DNA of 64,000 nt from an uncultured Candidatus Saccharibacteria bacterium (lineage in GTDB: Bacteria > Patescibacteriota > Minisyncoccia > Phycocordibacterales > XYD1-FULL-46-19): positions 22,960-86,959 of the forward strand of contig CAZZPK010000003.1 of NCBI GenBank assembly GCA_964655995.1, given 5' to 3'. The notes beneath the pieces are model-generated. The model was not told the DNA's origin. It was given only the letters and a program-made list of their open reading frames with translations, and ran no database searches. Position 1 is the first letter of the stretch. Every line of letters starts with the position of its first letter. Both the position numbers and the translations under genes were made by a program. Positions 8,766 through 18,835 of the stretch are shown here, one piece after another.

Positions 8766-10954
8766 GTTTTGTCGCTGCAGCGCTCGGGGATGGTCTTGGT
8801 GCCCGTCATCATTAAGTGAGGGCAGGGACCCTGCTCGCGGGGGTAACCACAGATTTTGCCCGTCGGTTTGCTTTTAATAATATGTTTGCATTTGGGGTAA
8901 TTAGAGCAACCGTAAAAGAGGCCAAAGCGGCCGCGCTTCTCTACCATGGTACCTGATTTGCAAATCGGGCAGGTCACGCCGGTGTCACCCTGCTTCTCCG
9001 CATTCTCATCTTTTTTAATAAATTTGCATTTAGGGTAGCGACTGCAAGCCACAAACATACCGTAACGCCCCTCGCGCGAGACCAATTTGCCTTGGCCACA
9101 CTCCGGGCACATCTCGCCCGTCTCTTTGGGGCCCTCTAGCACATTACCTTCCAGGGTCCGGGCGCCGGTGCAGTCGGGGAAGCGGGCGCAACTGTAAAAC
9201 TTGCCGGTGCGGCCCAATTTAATAATCATTTTGCCGCCACATTCAGGACACTTCATCTCCGCCGGAGCGGGGCCCAAGTCGGTAATTTTAGGAATGTCTT
9301 TTTTCTCCTTTACCGCTTTGGTAAACGGTGTGTAAAAATCTTTTAAGGTTTTGGCGTACTCGCGTTTGCCGGCGGCAATCTCGTCGAGCTCATTTTCCAT
9401 CTCGGCGGTAAAGGAGTCGCTGATGTAATTGCCAAAATGATTCTCCAAAAAAGTGCTGACCACCTCGCCGGTCTCGGTGGGCTTGAGTGCGCGGCCGTCC
9501 TTCTCCACATAGCCGCGGTCAATAATGGTTTTGATGATGCTTGCATAAGTGCTGGGACGGCCGATGCCCCGCTTCTCAAGCTCTTTAACCAAACCGGCCT
9601 CGGTATAGCGCGGTGGCGGCAGAGTCTCTTTGCCCTCGGACTCTAGTTTAAGGAGCTTGGCCTCGTCGCCGACATTTACTTTGGGGAGCTCCACCTCCTC
9701 GCCGCGGGCTGCCGGGTCGGCCAGGAGCCAGCCCGGGGCGATCACGCGCGAGCCATTGGTGGCATAAAGCGGCACTCGAACATCGCTGGCCTTTAAAGTG
9801 ATTTTAGTCCGCTTGATTATCGCCGCCGGCATTTGGCTCGAGATGGCGCGCTGCCAAATGAGCTCGTAGAGCTTTTTTTCTTGAGCGCTAGCGCCGGCAC
9901 TTTTAACTAGAGCGTGAGTGGGGCGGATGGCCTCGTGGGCCTCCTGAGCATTTTTACTTTTTGTTTGATAAGCGTGTCGCTCAAATAAATTAGCGCCAAA
10001 TTGTTTGGCGATGGCCTGCTCGATCTCGGCAATGGCCACCGTACTTAAATTAGTACTGTCGGTGCGCATATAGGTAATGTGTCCGGCCTCGTAAAGTTTT
10101 TGAGCCAGGCGCATGGTGACGCTTGGCGAGTAGCCCAAGCGCGAGGAGGCCGTCTGTTGGAGGGTGGAGGTGGTAAACGGCGCGCGTGGCTGGCGCTTGG
10201 CCTCGCTCTCCTCCACATCATTAATTTGCCAAGTTGATTTTTGGCCACAAGCAACGATGTCGAGTGCCTCAGCCTCGGTCTTGGGCTCGACAGTGCAAGT
10301 GGCGGGCATCTCGGTACCGTCTTTCAGTTTAAAGAGTCCGGTAAGGACCCAAAAGGCCTCGGGGATAAAGGCTTTAATTTCGCGCTCGCGCTCGACTAAA
10401 ATGCGGAGCGCCGGCGATTGGACGCGCCCGGCCGAGAGGCCGTAGCGCACCTTTTGCCAAATGAGGCCCGACAAGTCGTAGCCGAACAAACGATCTAAAA
10501 CTCGACGAGCTTCTTGAGCTCGGCGGAGGTCGTCGTCAATGTCCCGCGGATTTTTAATCGCCTCCTGCACGGCCTCTTTAGTAATCTCATGGAAGACAAC
10601 CCTCTTAAGTTTGTTATTTGTTATTTCGGATTTTTTATTTCCGAGATTTAAAATCTCGGCGACGTGCCAAGCAATAGCCTCGCCCTCGCGATCCGGGTCG
10701 GTGGCCAGTAAGATCTCGCTAGACTTTTTAGCCAAGCTTTTTAAATCACTAACCACTTTCTCCTTCCCCTTGCTGATCTCGTAGTGGGGGATAAAGCCGC
10801 CTTTAATATCAATGGCGTTTTTATTTGATTTAGGCAGATCGCGAATGTGGCCCACCGACGCGCGGACGGTGTACTCATTATTTAAATATTTCGCAATCGT
10901 CTTGGCCTTCGCCGGTGACTCGACAATTAACAATTTTATTCCATTAGCGCTCAT
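8729..10954 (-). CDS. topA: DNA topoisomerase I with C-terminal multi-zinc-ribbon repeats
   Basis: Toprim N-terminus (LLIVESPAKAKTI), active-site region, and four CxxC...CxxC ribbons at the C-terminus. Confidence 0.9.
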   Translation of the reverse strand: MSANGIKLLIVESPAKAKTIAKYLNNEYTVRASVGHIRDLPKSNKNAIDIKGGFIPHYEISKGKEKVVSDLKSLAKKSSEILLATDPDREGEAIAWHVAEILNLGNKKSEITNNKLKRVVFHEITKEAVQEAIKNPRDIDDDLRRAQEARRVLDRLFGYDLSGLIWQKVRYGLSAGRVQSPALRILVEREREIKAFIPEAFWVLTGLFKLKDGTEMPATCTVEPKTEAEALDIVACGQKSTWQINDVEESEAKRQPRAPFTTSTLQQTASSRLGYSPSVTMRLAQKLYEAGHITYMRTDSTNLSTVAIAEIEQAIAKQFGANLFERHAYQTKSKNAQEAHEAIRPTHALVKSAGASAQEKKLYELIWQRAISSQMPAAIIKRTKITLKASDVRVPLYATNGSRVIAPGWLLADPAARGEEVELPKVNVGDEAKLLKLESEGKETLPPPRYTEAGLVKELEKRGIGRPSTYASIIKTIIDRGYVEKDGRALKPTETGEVVSTFLENHFGNYISDSFTAEMENELDEIAAGKREYAKTLKDFYTPFTKAVKEKKDIPKITDLGPAPAEMKCPECGGKMIIKLGRTGKFYSCARFPDCTGARTLEGNVLEGPKETGEMCPECGQGKLVSREGRYGMFVACSRYPKCKFIKKDENAEKQGDTGVTCPICKSGTMVEKRGRFGLFYGCSNYPKCKHIIKSKPTGKICGYPREQGPCPHLMMTGTKTIPERCSDKTCPNHHPHKLKS

Positions 10955-11080
10955 GTGTTATGTAAGTATTACCTAAAACCTAGTATGTTAGCAAATTAGT
11001 TACGCTTCTAACTTTCTATATTATTGTATTTTATTAAATTGCTCCATTTTGCTGCCATGGCATTATTTTGGTGCAATTAG

Positions 11081-11109
11081 TTGACGAAAAATGATATTAG
11101 GTGTATAAT
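11081..11109 (+). promoter_or_regulatory. consensus sigma70 promoter (TTGACG, 17-nt spacer, TGn TATAAT) for the 11198 gene
   Basis: ttgacg-aaaaatgatattaggtg-tataat. Confidence 0.55.
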
Positions 11110-11197
11110 AGATAATGGATGGTGAATTGGTCCAAGTATATACTTGTCCCTATATCATTAAGATAAATGGCAAAATTCCAAAAAGGAGAAAAACGCC

Positions 11198-11851
11198 ATG
11201 TTTGACAGACAGACCAAGAAGTTTGCGTCCGCAGTAGTTGATGCTCTGCCGGAGGTGGATGAGGATGTAATGCAGGGTTGGATCGGTAACCCAAAGGCTT
11301 TGCAAGAAGTCTTAAAAAAGGCTCTTTGTCCGCCAAACCCAACTCCCTCGATCCTCGAGTTCATCTCGACGATCGTCATTCCCGCAACCACCGGCAAGTT
11401 CGTCGCTCGCGAGAAGTTCGTTCGTGACACTGGTCGCAAAGCCAAGGTCAAGATCAGCTATCTCGGCGACAACTTCACCGAATGGTTCCTCTCGGACTCC
11501 GGCAAAACCGAAGACCCGATCAGCGAACAAACCCTGCGCTACTCAAAACTGCGCAAGGCATCGGTGGACGGTCCAATCATCGCCGAACTCGGCGGTGCGG
11601 AGAAGTCGGAAACGACGCTCTCCGAGATGTTTGCCCTCATGGAAAAGCAGGGCAAGGGCGAAGATGGTGTTCTCCTGAACAACGGCTACGCCAACATCTT
11701 CTACATCAAGGACCAAAATGGTGTGTTGCGTACCGTCGTCGTCATCTGGATTGATGTCGGCTGGGATGTCGATGCGGACTCCGTCGGGGACCCGGGCAGT
11801 TGGCGTGATGGCCGTCAGGTGTTTTCCCGCAATTCTGTTCTCGAATCCTAG
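11198..11851 (+). CDS. hypothetical protein
   Basis: 217-aa ORF with a strong ribosome-binding site (aaaaaggagaaaaacgcc ATG) and the consensus promoter upstream. Confidence 0.5.
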   Translation: MFDRQTKKFASAVVDALPEVDEDVMQGWIGNPKALQEVLKKALCPPNPTPSILEFISTIVIPATTGKFVAREKFVRDTGRKAKVKISYLGDNFTEWFLSDSGKTEDPISEQTLRYSKLRKASVDGPIIAELGGAEKSETTLSEMFALMEKQGKGEDGVLLNNGYANIFYIKDQNGVLRTVVVIWIDVGWDVDADSVGDPGSWRDGRQVFSRNSVLES

Positions 11852-11942
11852 GAACCTTTGGCTCCGGCGCAAGCCTGATCCTTTGTCCCTTGAACACTTT
11901 GACCCTCGGTCTGCTTCGGCGGATTGGGGGTCATTTTTTTAT

Positions 11943-12806
11943 TTACACTAATCGTAATTCGCCTAAGCTTTCGATAATTAAGCCTTTGATTTCCATCATC
12001 GCTAAAGTGGCGTTGGCGTCGCCGGTGGCCAGGCCCGAGCGGGCGATCACTTCGTCACGCGGCAGCGGCTCTATAGTCAATAATTCTAAAATAATCTTTT
12101 CTTTATCGGAAGCGTTATCAAATAAAGTGGGCTGGCTAACCACGCCCACTTGTATCAAATCAAAGACATCTAAAATATGTTCCGGTTTAGTTACCACCGT
12201 GGCGCCGCGGCGGATCAATTCGTTAGTGCCGGCAGTGCTCGGGCTAAAAATGGATCCCGGTACGGCCAGCACCTCGCGGTTATACTCAAGCGCCAAGCGC
12301 GCCGTAATTAAAGTGCCCGACTTTTCGCCTGCCTCGATTACCAGTGTCGCTTTAGCCAAACCGGCCATTAAGCGATTGCGGCGAGGGAAGGTGTGCAAAC
12401 CCGCCGGCATTTTGGGCTCAAACTCGGAGACGAGTGCACCGCCGCCGGCCACGATCTCATCCGCTAGACGGCGATTAGAGTGGGGGTGTAAAACCTGGCG
12501 ATCGAGTCCCGAGCCGGGGAAGGCGATGGTGGGTAGCCGTGCTTTTAACGCCGCCTGGTGAGCAATGGTGTCTATACCTAACGCGAGTCCGGACACAATC
12601 GCTACCGGATAGCCGCGGAGGCCGGCAATCAACTTCTCGCACACCTCGCGGCCATACTGCGAGAATTTGCGCGAGCCCACCACTGTGAGTAAATGATACT
12701 CTGGTCCGGGCAAAGCGCCCTCAATAAATAGCTTGGCCGGCGGCTCGGGGATCTCGGCTAGGTACGGTGGGTAGTCGTCGGCTGCCAGCGTCCTAATCTC
12801 GGCCAT
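11943..12806 (-). CDS. dprA: DNA processing protein DprA (Smf)
   Basis: Canonical DprA N-terminus MAEIRTLAADDYPPYL starting at 12806 and the Rossmann-like core GLALGIDTIAHQAAL. The ORF-track extension to 13244 would overlap serS on the opposite strand and is taken as non-coding. Confidence 0.8.
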   Translation of the reverse strand: MAEIRTLAADDYPPYLAEIPEPPAKLFIEGALPGPEYHLLTVVGSRKFSQYGREVCEKLIAGLRGYPVAIVSGLALGIDTIAHQAALKARLPTIAFPGSGLDRQVLHPHSNRRLADEIVAGGGALVSEFEPKMPAGLHTFPRRNRLMAGLAKATLVIEAGEKSGTLITARLALEYNREVLAVPGSIFSPSTAGTNELIRRGATVVTKPEHILDVFDLIQVGVVSQPTLFDNASDKEKIILELLTIEPLPRDEVIARSGLATGDANATLAMMEIKGLIIESLGELRLV

Positions 12807-12846
12807 ATGTGGTGTATTGTAACAAATTTTGCTATTCTGGGAGACA

Positions 12847-14124
12847 ATGTTAGACATTAAATTTATTAAGGAGAATCGCGAGTTGGTGGAGGAGGCGATC
12901 AAAAACAAGCGCGCCGAGGCGGTAGACTTGGATCGCTTACTCGAGTTGGCCGAGGAGCGGCGCTCTTTGCAGCAGGAGCTCTCCGAGTTAAACCAAAAGC
13001 GCAATGCCGTGGCGGCCGAGCGCAATATTGAGGAGGGTAACAAGTTAAAAACAGCCGGCCAAAACCTCAAAGACAAAATCGATACAGTAGAAAAGGAGTT
13101 TATTTCCCTGATGATCAAACTGCCCAATATCCCATCTCCGGATACGCCGCTGGGCGAGGATGAGTCCGGCAACAAAGTTGTCCGCGAGTGGGGCGAAAAG
13201 CCCGTCTTTGATTTTGAGCCTAAGCCGCATTGGGAGTTAGGCAAAGCCCTTGATTTAATTGATTCTGAGAGAGCGGGAGATATCTCCGGTGCTCGTTTTG
13301 CTTACCTTAAAAAAGATCTCGTTTTATTGCAGTTTGCTTTAATTCAATGGGTGTTTTCAATTTTAACTAATGAGGAGACTTTAAAAAACATTATCGACGA
13401 GGCCGGTTTAACTGTTAGTCCAAAAGCGTTTGTGCCGATACTGCCGCCCGTAATGATGAAGTCGGCGGTGATGAACCGGATGGCCCGCCTGCATCCCATC
13501 GATGATCGTTATTTTTTTGAGAAAGATGATCTGGTTTTAATTGGCAGCGCCGAGCACACCATGGGGCCGCTCCATATGGATGAGACTTTGCCGGAGGAGG
13601 CTTTGCCGATACGCTATGTCGGCTACTCGACCGCCTTTCGCCGCGAGGCTGGCTCTTACGGCAAGGATACCAAAGGGATTTTGCGCCAGCACCAGTTTGA
13701 TAAAATCGAGCTGGAGACTTTTTGCCTGCCCGAGCACTCGTATCAGGAGCAGGACTTGCTGGTGGCGATCCAAGAGTATTTGCTACGCAAATTAAAATTG
13801 CCTTATCAGGTGGTGCTGGTATGCACCGGCGATATGGGCAAACCTGATCATCGCCAAATCGATATTGAGACTTGGATGCCTGGGCAAAAAACTTACCGCG
13901 AGACGCATAGCGCCGATCTGATGCAGGGCTATCAGGCGCGACGGCTTAACACTCGGGTTAAGCGGGTAAGCGGGCAAACCGAGCATGTCCATATGAATGA
14001 TGCCACCGCTTTTGCTCTCGGTCGTACCCTGATCGCCATCATGGAGAACTATCAGCAGGCCGATGGTACGATTGCGGTGCCGGCGGTACTGCAGTCTTAT
14101 TTGGGGCGGTCAGTCATTTCCTAA
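12847..14124 (+). CDS. serS: seryl-tRNA synthetase
   Basis: MLDIKFIKENRELV N-terminal coiled coil plus class II aaRS motifs. Confidence 0.9.
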   Translation: MLDIKFIKENRELVEEAIKNKRAEAVDLDRLLELAEERRSLQQELSELNQKRNAVAAERNIEEGNKLKTAGQNLKDKIDTVEKEFISLMIKLPNIPSPDTPLGEDESGNKVVREWGEKPVFDFEPKPHWELGKALDLIDSERAGDISGARFAYLKKDLVLLQFALIQWVFSILTNEETLKNIIDEAGLTVSPKAFVPILPPVMMKSAVMNRMARLHPIDDRYFFEKDDLVLIGSAEHTMGPLHMDETLPEEALPIRYVGYSTAFRREAGSYGKDTKGILRQHQFDKIELETFCLPEHSYQEQDLLVAIQEYLLRKLKLPYQVVLVCTGDMGKPDHRQIDIETWMPGQKTYRETHSADLMQGYQARRLNTRVKRVSGQTEHVHMNDATAFALGRTLIAIMENYQQADGTIAVPAVLQSYLGRSVIS

Positions 14125-14130
14125 TTTTAT

Positions 14131-14994
14131 ATGTCTTTGTCGCGCAAGGAGCTTTTGGAGCGTTCCATTAAGCTGCGCCGCCGCGAGCGCTCGCGGCGGC
14201 GCTATCTCTCGCTTTTTTTGGCAGCGCTGGCCTTAATTTTGATTGTCTTTTTGGTCGAGGCGCCTTGGCTAAGGGTGCAAACGGTAGCTGTGTCCGGCAA
14301 CAAAGTGGTGCCAACCAGTGAGATCGTTGCCTTGGTCGAGTCGCTTACGGCCGGGCGCTATTTTTATCTGATCCCCAAAAACCACATCTTGTGGTATCCC
14401 ACCGAGAGCGTCCGCGCGGGTCTGCTCTCGGTTATACCGCGCCTCCACAATGTTTCCGTTTACCGCCAAGGTTTTACCGCCGTAGAGGTGGCGGTGGAGG
14501 AGCGCTCGCCGCTCGCGCTCTGGTGCGTTGGCGAGTCGCGAGACAAATGCTTTTTTATCGATCAAGCCGGTTTGGTATATGCCCCGGCGCCCTGGTTCTC
14601 CAGCGCTCTCTTTTTTGAGGTCAGAGCCACCAGCGCGCCCGCTGTTTTGCCGGCCGAGCCGGTACCGGCGATACATTTGCTTAAATTGGCGCGTTTTGCC
14701 GAGGCTGGCCAGGCGCTCCTGGGCTCAAGCACCAGCACGGCCACGCGCTTTGAGTCGGCGGAGCTCTTGCCGGCCGGCGATGCCGCTTTTACCGTTAGGC
14801 AATACGGCATCGGCGCGCCACTTTCTTGGCAGCTCCGTCTTAATTTAGACCAAGACTTGCTGATCGCCGGCCGCAATCTGGCCTCGGTTTGGCACTCTAA
14901 CGCTTTCCAAAAAGAGTTTGGCGCCAAACGCGGCCGACTCGAGTACATTGATATCCGCTTTGGCAACAAAGTATTTTACAAATTTGCGCCCTAA
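14131..14994 (+). CDS. ftsQ: FtsQ/DivIB-like cell division protein (Arg-rich cytoplasmic tail, one TM, POTRA-like region)
   Basis: RRRERSRRRYLSLFLAALALILIVFLV followed by a beta-rich periplasmic part. Confidence 0.5.
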   Translation: MSLSRKELLERSIKLRRRERSRRRYLSLFLAALALILIVFLVEAPWLRVQTVAVSGNKVVPTSEIVALVESLTAGRYFYLIPKNHILWYPTESVRAGLLSVIPRLHNVSVYRQGFTAVEVAVEERSPLALWCVGESRDKCFFIDQAGLVYAPAPWFSSALFFEVRATSAPAVLPAEPVPAIHLLKLARFAEAGQALLGSSTSTATRFESAELLPAGDAAFTVRQYGIGAPLSWQLRLNLDQDLLIAGRNLASVWHSNAFQKEFGAKRGRLEYIDIRFGNKVFYKFAP

Positions 14995-15009
14995 CGGCAT
15001 AGTAGGCTC

Positions 15010-15984
15010 ATGAGCACTATTTGGGAGACTTTACCGCGGCCGATCATCACCCTGGCCCCCATGGCCGACGTTACCGACTCGGCCTTCCGCCAAATTATTG
15101 CCGGCTGTGGGAGCCCGGATTTGTTTTTTACCGAGTTTGTCTCGGCCGACGGCTTGTGCTCGGACAAAGGGCGGGCCAAGCTCTTGCGCGAGCTTTACTT
15201 TACGCCCAGCGAGCAGCCGATCATTGCCCAACTGTTTAGCGCCAAACCGGAGAAAATGCTCGAGGCCGCTAAGTTGGTGGCCGGTCTTGGTTTTGCCGGT
15301 ATCGACATTAATATGGGCTGTCCCGATCGGACCATAGAGAAGCAGGGCGCCGGCGCCGCTTTAATCAAAAATCATTCACTCGCTCAAGAGGTCATTGCCG
15401 CGGCTAAAGAGGGGGCGGGCTCGCTCCCGGTCTCCGTCAAAACGCGTTTAGGTTACAATCAGCTAGAGTTTGAAAGTTGGGGCGCTAAATTACTCGAGGC
15501 TAAGCCGGCGGCGATTACTTGGCATTTGCGCACGCGCAAGGAGATGTCTAAAGTGGCGGCTCATTGGGAGTTGGCACGCGAGGTGGTGGCGCTCGCTAAA
15601 GATACTAGTGTTTTAACTTTAGCTAATGGCGATGTTAAAACGGTGGCCGAGGCCAAACAAAAAGCGGCGGAGTATGGTTTAGATGGCGTGATGTTGGGGC
15701 GCGCCATTTACGGTAACCCTTGGCTCTTTGCTGAAAAAGAGGTAACTCCCAAAGAACGTCTAAATAAACTACAAGAGCATGTAGAGCTGTTTGAAAAGCT
15801 GTATCGCCCCGGTCCCATCAATGACCAGCTCTTTGGCGGCCATACCAAAAACTTTGCCGTGATGCGCAAATTTTTTGGCGCTTATGTTAAAGATTTGCCT
15901 AATGCCGCTCGAGTGCGCGAGGCGCTAATGGCGGCCGAGACGGCGGCCCAAGTGTCTGCTATACTAAAAAGCGCCCATGTCTGA
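15010..15984 (+). CDS. dus: tRNA-dihydrouridine synthase
   Basis: LAPMADVTDSAFRQI, the NMGCP motif and a TIM-barrel Dus signature. Confidence 0.8.
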   Translation: MSTIWETLPRPIITLAPMADVTDSAFRQIIAGCGSPDLFFTEFVSADGLCSDKGRAKLLRELYFTPSEQPIIAQLFSAKPEKMLEAAKLVAGLGFAGIDINMGCPDRTIEKQGAGAALIKNHSLAQEVIAAAKEGAGSLPVSVKTRLGYNQLEFESWGAKLLEAKPAAITWHLRTRKEMSKVAAHWELAREVVALAKDTSVLTLANGDVKTVAEAKQKAAEYGLDGVMLGRAIYGNPWLFAEKEVTPKERLNKLQEHVELFEKLYRPGPINDQLFGGHTKNFAVMRKFFGAYVKDLPNAARVREALMAAETAAQVSAILKSAHV

Positions 15985-17026
15985 AACGACGCTTTATCGC
16001 AAATATCGGCCGGAGAGTTTTTCCAAAGTTATCGGCCAAGATCACATTGTCTCGGTGCTTAAGGGCTCGCTCAAAGAGGGCAACACCGCCCACGCTTATT
16101 TATTTTACGGCTCGCGCGGCACCGGTAAAACGAGCGTCGCCCGCATTTTGGCGCGCGAACTCGGCTGCCGCGGCCACGATTTATACGAGATCGACGCCGC
16201 CTCTAATCGGGGTATCGACGAGATCCGGGCGCTCCGCGAGGCAGTTAATACTCTACCTTTTGAGTCTAAGGTCAAAGTTTACATTATCGACGAGGTCCAC
16301 ATGCTCACCAAGGAGGCGTGGAATGCGCTCCTTAAAACGCTGGAGGAGCCGCCGGCGCACGTGGTGTTTATTTTAGCGACGACTGACTTGGCCAAGGTGC
16401 CCGACACTATCGTCTCGCGCTGCCAAACTTTTACCTTTAAAAAACCGTCAAACGAGGTGCTTAAAAAGTTGGTGGCCAGTGTCGGCAAAGAGGAGGGTTA
16501 CGCTTTTGACGAAGGGGCGGCCAGTATTTTGGCTTTTTTGGGCGAGGGCTCCTTCCGCGACACTCTCGGCTTGGTCCAAAAAGTAATTAGTGCAAGTTAT
16601 GATAAAAAAATTACCGCTAAAGAGGTGGAGCAGGTAACCGGCGCGCCAAACTCGTGGCTCGTTTACAATTTAATTTTAACCACGCTCAATCGCGATTTAG
16701 CCGGGGCTTTGAGCGTGGTGGCGCAGGCGGTGAGTGAGGATAAAGATATTAATTTGTTTATCAAACTGTTGCTCCGCGAGGTGCGGCTGGCAATGCTCCT
16801 TAAATACTCGCCAGCCTTGAAGACGGAAATTTTTAGCGAGACCGACAAAGAGGAGGAAAAGTTTTTAACCGAGGTGGTGGCCAAACCGGCAAGCACTATG
16901 CTTCCGGATCTCCTCCGCGAGCTCCTCGCCGCCTCGCTCCGATTGGAAAATCCCTATTTACCTCAACTCCCCCTGGAGCTGGCCTTGATTAAATTGTTGG
17001 GGGAAGACAAAACTAATTTGACATAA
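15977..17026 (+). CDS. dnaX: DNA polymerase III gamma/tau-like subunit (short form)
   Basis: YRPESFSKVIGQDHI, Walker A GSRGTGKTS, and the SRC motif (DTIVSRCQ). Confidence 0.75.
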   Translation: MSETTLYRKYRPESFSKVIGQDHIVSVLKGSLKEGNTAHAYLFYGSRGTGKTSVARILARELGCRGHDLYEIDAASNRGIDEIRALREAVNTLPFESKVKVYIIDEVHMLTKEAWNALLKTLEEPPAHVVFILATTDLAKVPDTIVSRCQTFTFKKPSNEVLKKLVASVGKEEGYAFDEGAASILAFLGEGSFRDTLGLVQKVISASYDKKITAKEVEQVTGAPNSWLVYNLILTTLNRDLAGALSVVAQAVSEDKDINLFIKLLLREVRLAMLLKYSPALKTEIFSETDKEEEKFLTEVVAKPASTMLPDLLRELLAASLRLENPYLPQLPLELALIKLLGEDKTNLT

Positions 17027-17098
17027 AATAACCTTTGGTTTATAATAAAAAAAGAAGCTGATCGCGGTGATCGGCTAGGAAAAATTGGGAGGAGAAAC

Positions 17099-17611
17099 AT
17101 GTCCACTTTGGAGTGGTTGCGGGAAGAGTTAGATAAGATCGACATGTCCGAAGTCGATTCGATCATTTTTCCAGAAGGCCCAGAGAAAGGTGAGGTCGAG
17201 GTCAGTGTTGTCGAGGATGCCGAGGTCAAGAAGATGTTTATTTTGATCAAACGTCTCCAAAACAAACTAGACGAGCTGGCTCTGGTTAATATCCCGATTT
17301 TACGGCGACAAATTAAGAAATTTTTTCTCGGTCAGGAGGGTGACAATGATGATGAACTGACCATTATTAACGCCAGGGCCGAGATTGATGTCTTGGGCCA
17401 ACAAATTTCCTTGGTCAAGAAGCTGAAATGGCTATCGATCAGAATGGGATTGACGCCGGAACAGCATATACTCACCTACCAATATGACAGTATCCGGATT
17501 GGTCGGGGTTGGAAGATTTTTGCCTACAATCATTCAGCTACTGTCTTGGTACCAACGGGTCTCGACGAATTAGCCGGTCTGATGAGTGAGGCACAGCCCA
17601 CTAGGCACTAA
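17099..17611 (+). CDS. hypothetical protein, paralog of the 18836..19315 gene
   Basis: 170 aa; the order WLREEL...KKMFILIKRLQ...RIGRGWKIFA is shared with the 18836 product (WLRLEL...KKLFVLSQQL...EIKAGWQVVA). Confidence 0.5.
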   Translation: MSTLEWLREELDKIDMSEVDSIIFPEGPEKGEVEVSVVEDAEVKKMFILIKRLQNKLDELALVNIPILRRQIKKFFLGQEGDNDDELTIINARAEIDVLGQQISLVKKLKWLSIRMGLTPEQHILTYQYDSIRIGRGWKIFAYNHSATVLVPTGLDELAGLMSEAQPTRH

Positions 17612-17639
17612 AAGTTTTCTTTGCCCTGCCTTGCGGGGC

Positions 17640-17683
17640 TTTTTATTGACTAAATTTTAAAAAATCGGTAGGGTGGGGGAGGA
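17640..17683 (+). promoter_or_regulatory. 44-bp conserved upstream element (copy 1) with a TTGACT -35-like box and a G-rich tail
   Basis: tttttattgactaaattttaaaaaatcggtagggtgggggagga is identical to 18556..18599. Confidence 0.5.
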
Positions 17684-17716
17684 AAATAACGAGGCCTTTA
17701 ATAAGGAGAAAAAACT

Positions 17717-18496
17717 GTGGAAAACAGCACCGCGATGCCAGTAATTATTGCACTGGATGTCAAAACACTTAAGGAAGTCGAGGGGCTGATCAGTTTGTTA
17801 GCTCCATTTGGCGTAATCTTCAAAATCGGTTTGGAGCTCATCAGCTCGGTGGGCGGTCCGCAGGCGATTAAGTTTGTCCAAAGTTTGGGTGGTCGGATTT
17901 TTTACGGCGGCAAATTTAAGGACATACCAAATACCGTTGCTGAGGCCAGTCGGGCGGTGGCGGCCCTCGGGGTGGATATGTTGAATGTCCACATTGATAG
18001 CGGTAGTAGGGCCCTCGAGCAAACGGCCGCCGCGGTTAAAGCGGAAAACCCCAACACTAAAGTGTTGGGAGTTACAGTTTTGACCTCGGAGGATTTTAAT
18101 GACTTGGTCGAGATTGGCTATCCCTATCTTGATCCTGCCGATCCAAGTTTGTATCAAGCGGCTGAAAAAAATTATATTGGACACTTGGTCTACAATATGG
18201 CTGATTTGGCCGCCGGTTATGGTTTGGATGGGGTAATCTGCTCGCCTCGCGAGTTACCAATAGTTGCCCGCTGGCACCATGAGAATCCGGTCCAACGCCA
18301 GTTGTTAAAAGTAACGCCGGGCGTGCGGCGAACTTGGGCCGCGGGCGACGAGCAAGCTCGTTTTACCGCGCCTCGTGGGGCGGCGGCGGTCGGTGCCGAT
18401 TATCTGGTAATCGGCCGGCCGATTACCAAACCACCTAAGGAGGTGGGCGGTCCGGTGGAGGCTCTCAAGCTCGTGCTTGATGAGTTGTCGCAGTAA
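17717..18496 (+). CDS. pyrF: orotidine 5'-phosphate decarboxylase
   Basis: The IIALDV start, the conserved K (FKIG) region and the DIPNT motif. Confidence 0.75.
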   Translation: MENSTAMPVIIALDVKTLKEVEGLISLLAPFGVIFKIGLELISSVGGPQAIKFVQSLGGRIFYGGKFKDIPNTVAEASRAVAALGVDMLNVHIDSGSRALEQTAAAVKAENPNTKVLGVTVLTSEDFNDLVEIGYPYLDPADPSLYQAAEKNYIGHLVYNMADLAAGYGLDGVICSPRELPIVARWHHENPVQRQLLKVTPGVRRTWAAGDEQARFTAPRGAAAVGADYLVIGRPITKPPKEVGGPVEALKLVLDELSQ

Positions 18497-18555
18497 TCTG
18501 ACGTCACTCAAGTAAAAATTTACGTTCCCTGGTCCGAGTAAATTGGATTAGGGAA

Positions 18556-18599
18556 TTTTTATTGACTAAATTTTAAAAAATCGGTAGGGTGGGGGAGGA
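18556..18599 (+). promoter_or_regulatory. 44-bp conserved upstream element (copy 2)
   Basis: Identical to 17640..17683. Confidence 0.5.
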
Positions 18600-18632
18600 T
18601 GTCCTTAACAACCAATGGAGGAAGAGAGGAAT

Positions 18633-18824
18633 ATGACCAAGAAAACAGAAGCAAACAATTTTCGTCCGATTCCGGCGGCCAAGCTGATGCGCTGTGAGGG
18701 TCGGTGTCGACGTCGTTATCCGGCCAATGAGCTAGGGCCGGGTGGTATCTGCCGCTCCTGCCACAAGCGTGTGTTTGACGAGCAGCTTGATCGCTGGGCG
18801 ATCGAGTCGTCCTGCGCCAGTTAG
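18633..18824 (+). CDS. small zinc-ribbon protein
   Basis: CEGRC...CRSCHKR (C-x3-C...C-x2-C); the ATG at 18633 follows GGAGGAAGAGAGGAA. Confidence 0.4.
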   Translation: MTKKTEANNFRPIPAAKLMRCEGRCRRRYPANELGPGGICRSCHKRVFDEQLDRWAIESSCAS

Positions 18825-18835
18825 GGGGGTGAACT

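Noticed and set aside
9343-10784. Multiple 60-100-aa ORFs on both strands inside topA
   Set aside because: All lie inside a 741-aa CDS with clear topoisomerase I motifs. They are compositional artefacts of high-GC coding sequence.
12807-13244. 146-codon in-frame N-terminal extension of dprA in the ORF track (11943..13244)
   Set aside because: The extension runs antisense through the serS start and 5' coding region. A canonical DprA N-terminus (MAEIRTLAADDYPPYL) begins at 12806, so the extension is taken as non-coding read-through of an open frame.
14269-14969. Overlapping ORFs (135 aa, 106 aa, 75 aa) inside and antisense to the ftsQ-like gene
   Set aside because: They sit in a GC-rich Arg/Ala-codon region that produces long spurious frames. 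There are no ribosome-binding sites and they overlap a gene with a coherent TM plus POTRA architecture.
17640-17683. Calling the 44-bp duplicated element a bona fide sigma70 promoter
   Set aside because: It has a good TTGACT box, but the best -10 candidate at 17-18 nt spacing (TAGGGT) is poor compared with the perfect TGnTATAAT promoters seen elsewhere in the window. It is recorded only as a conserved upstream element.
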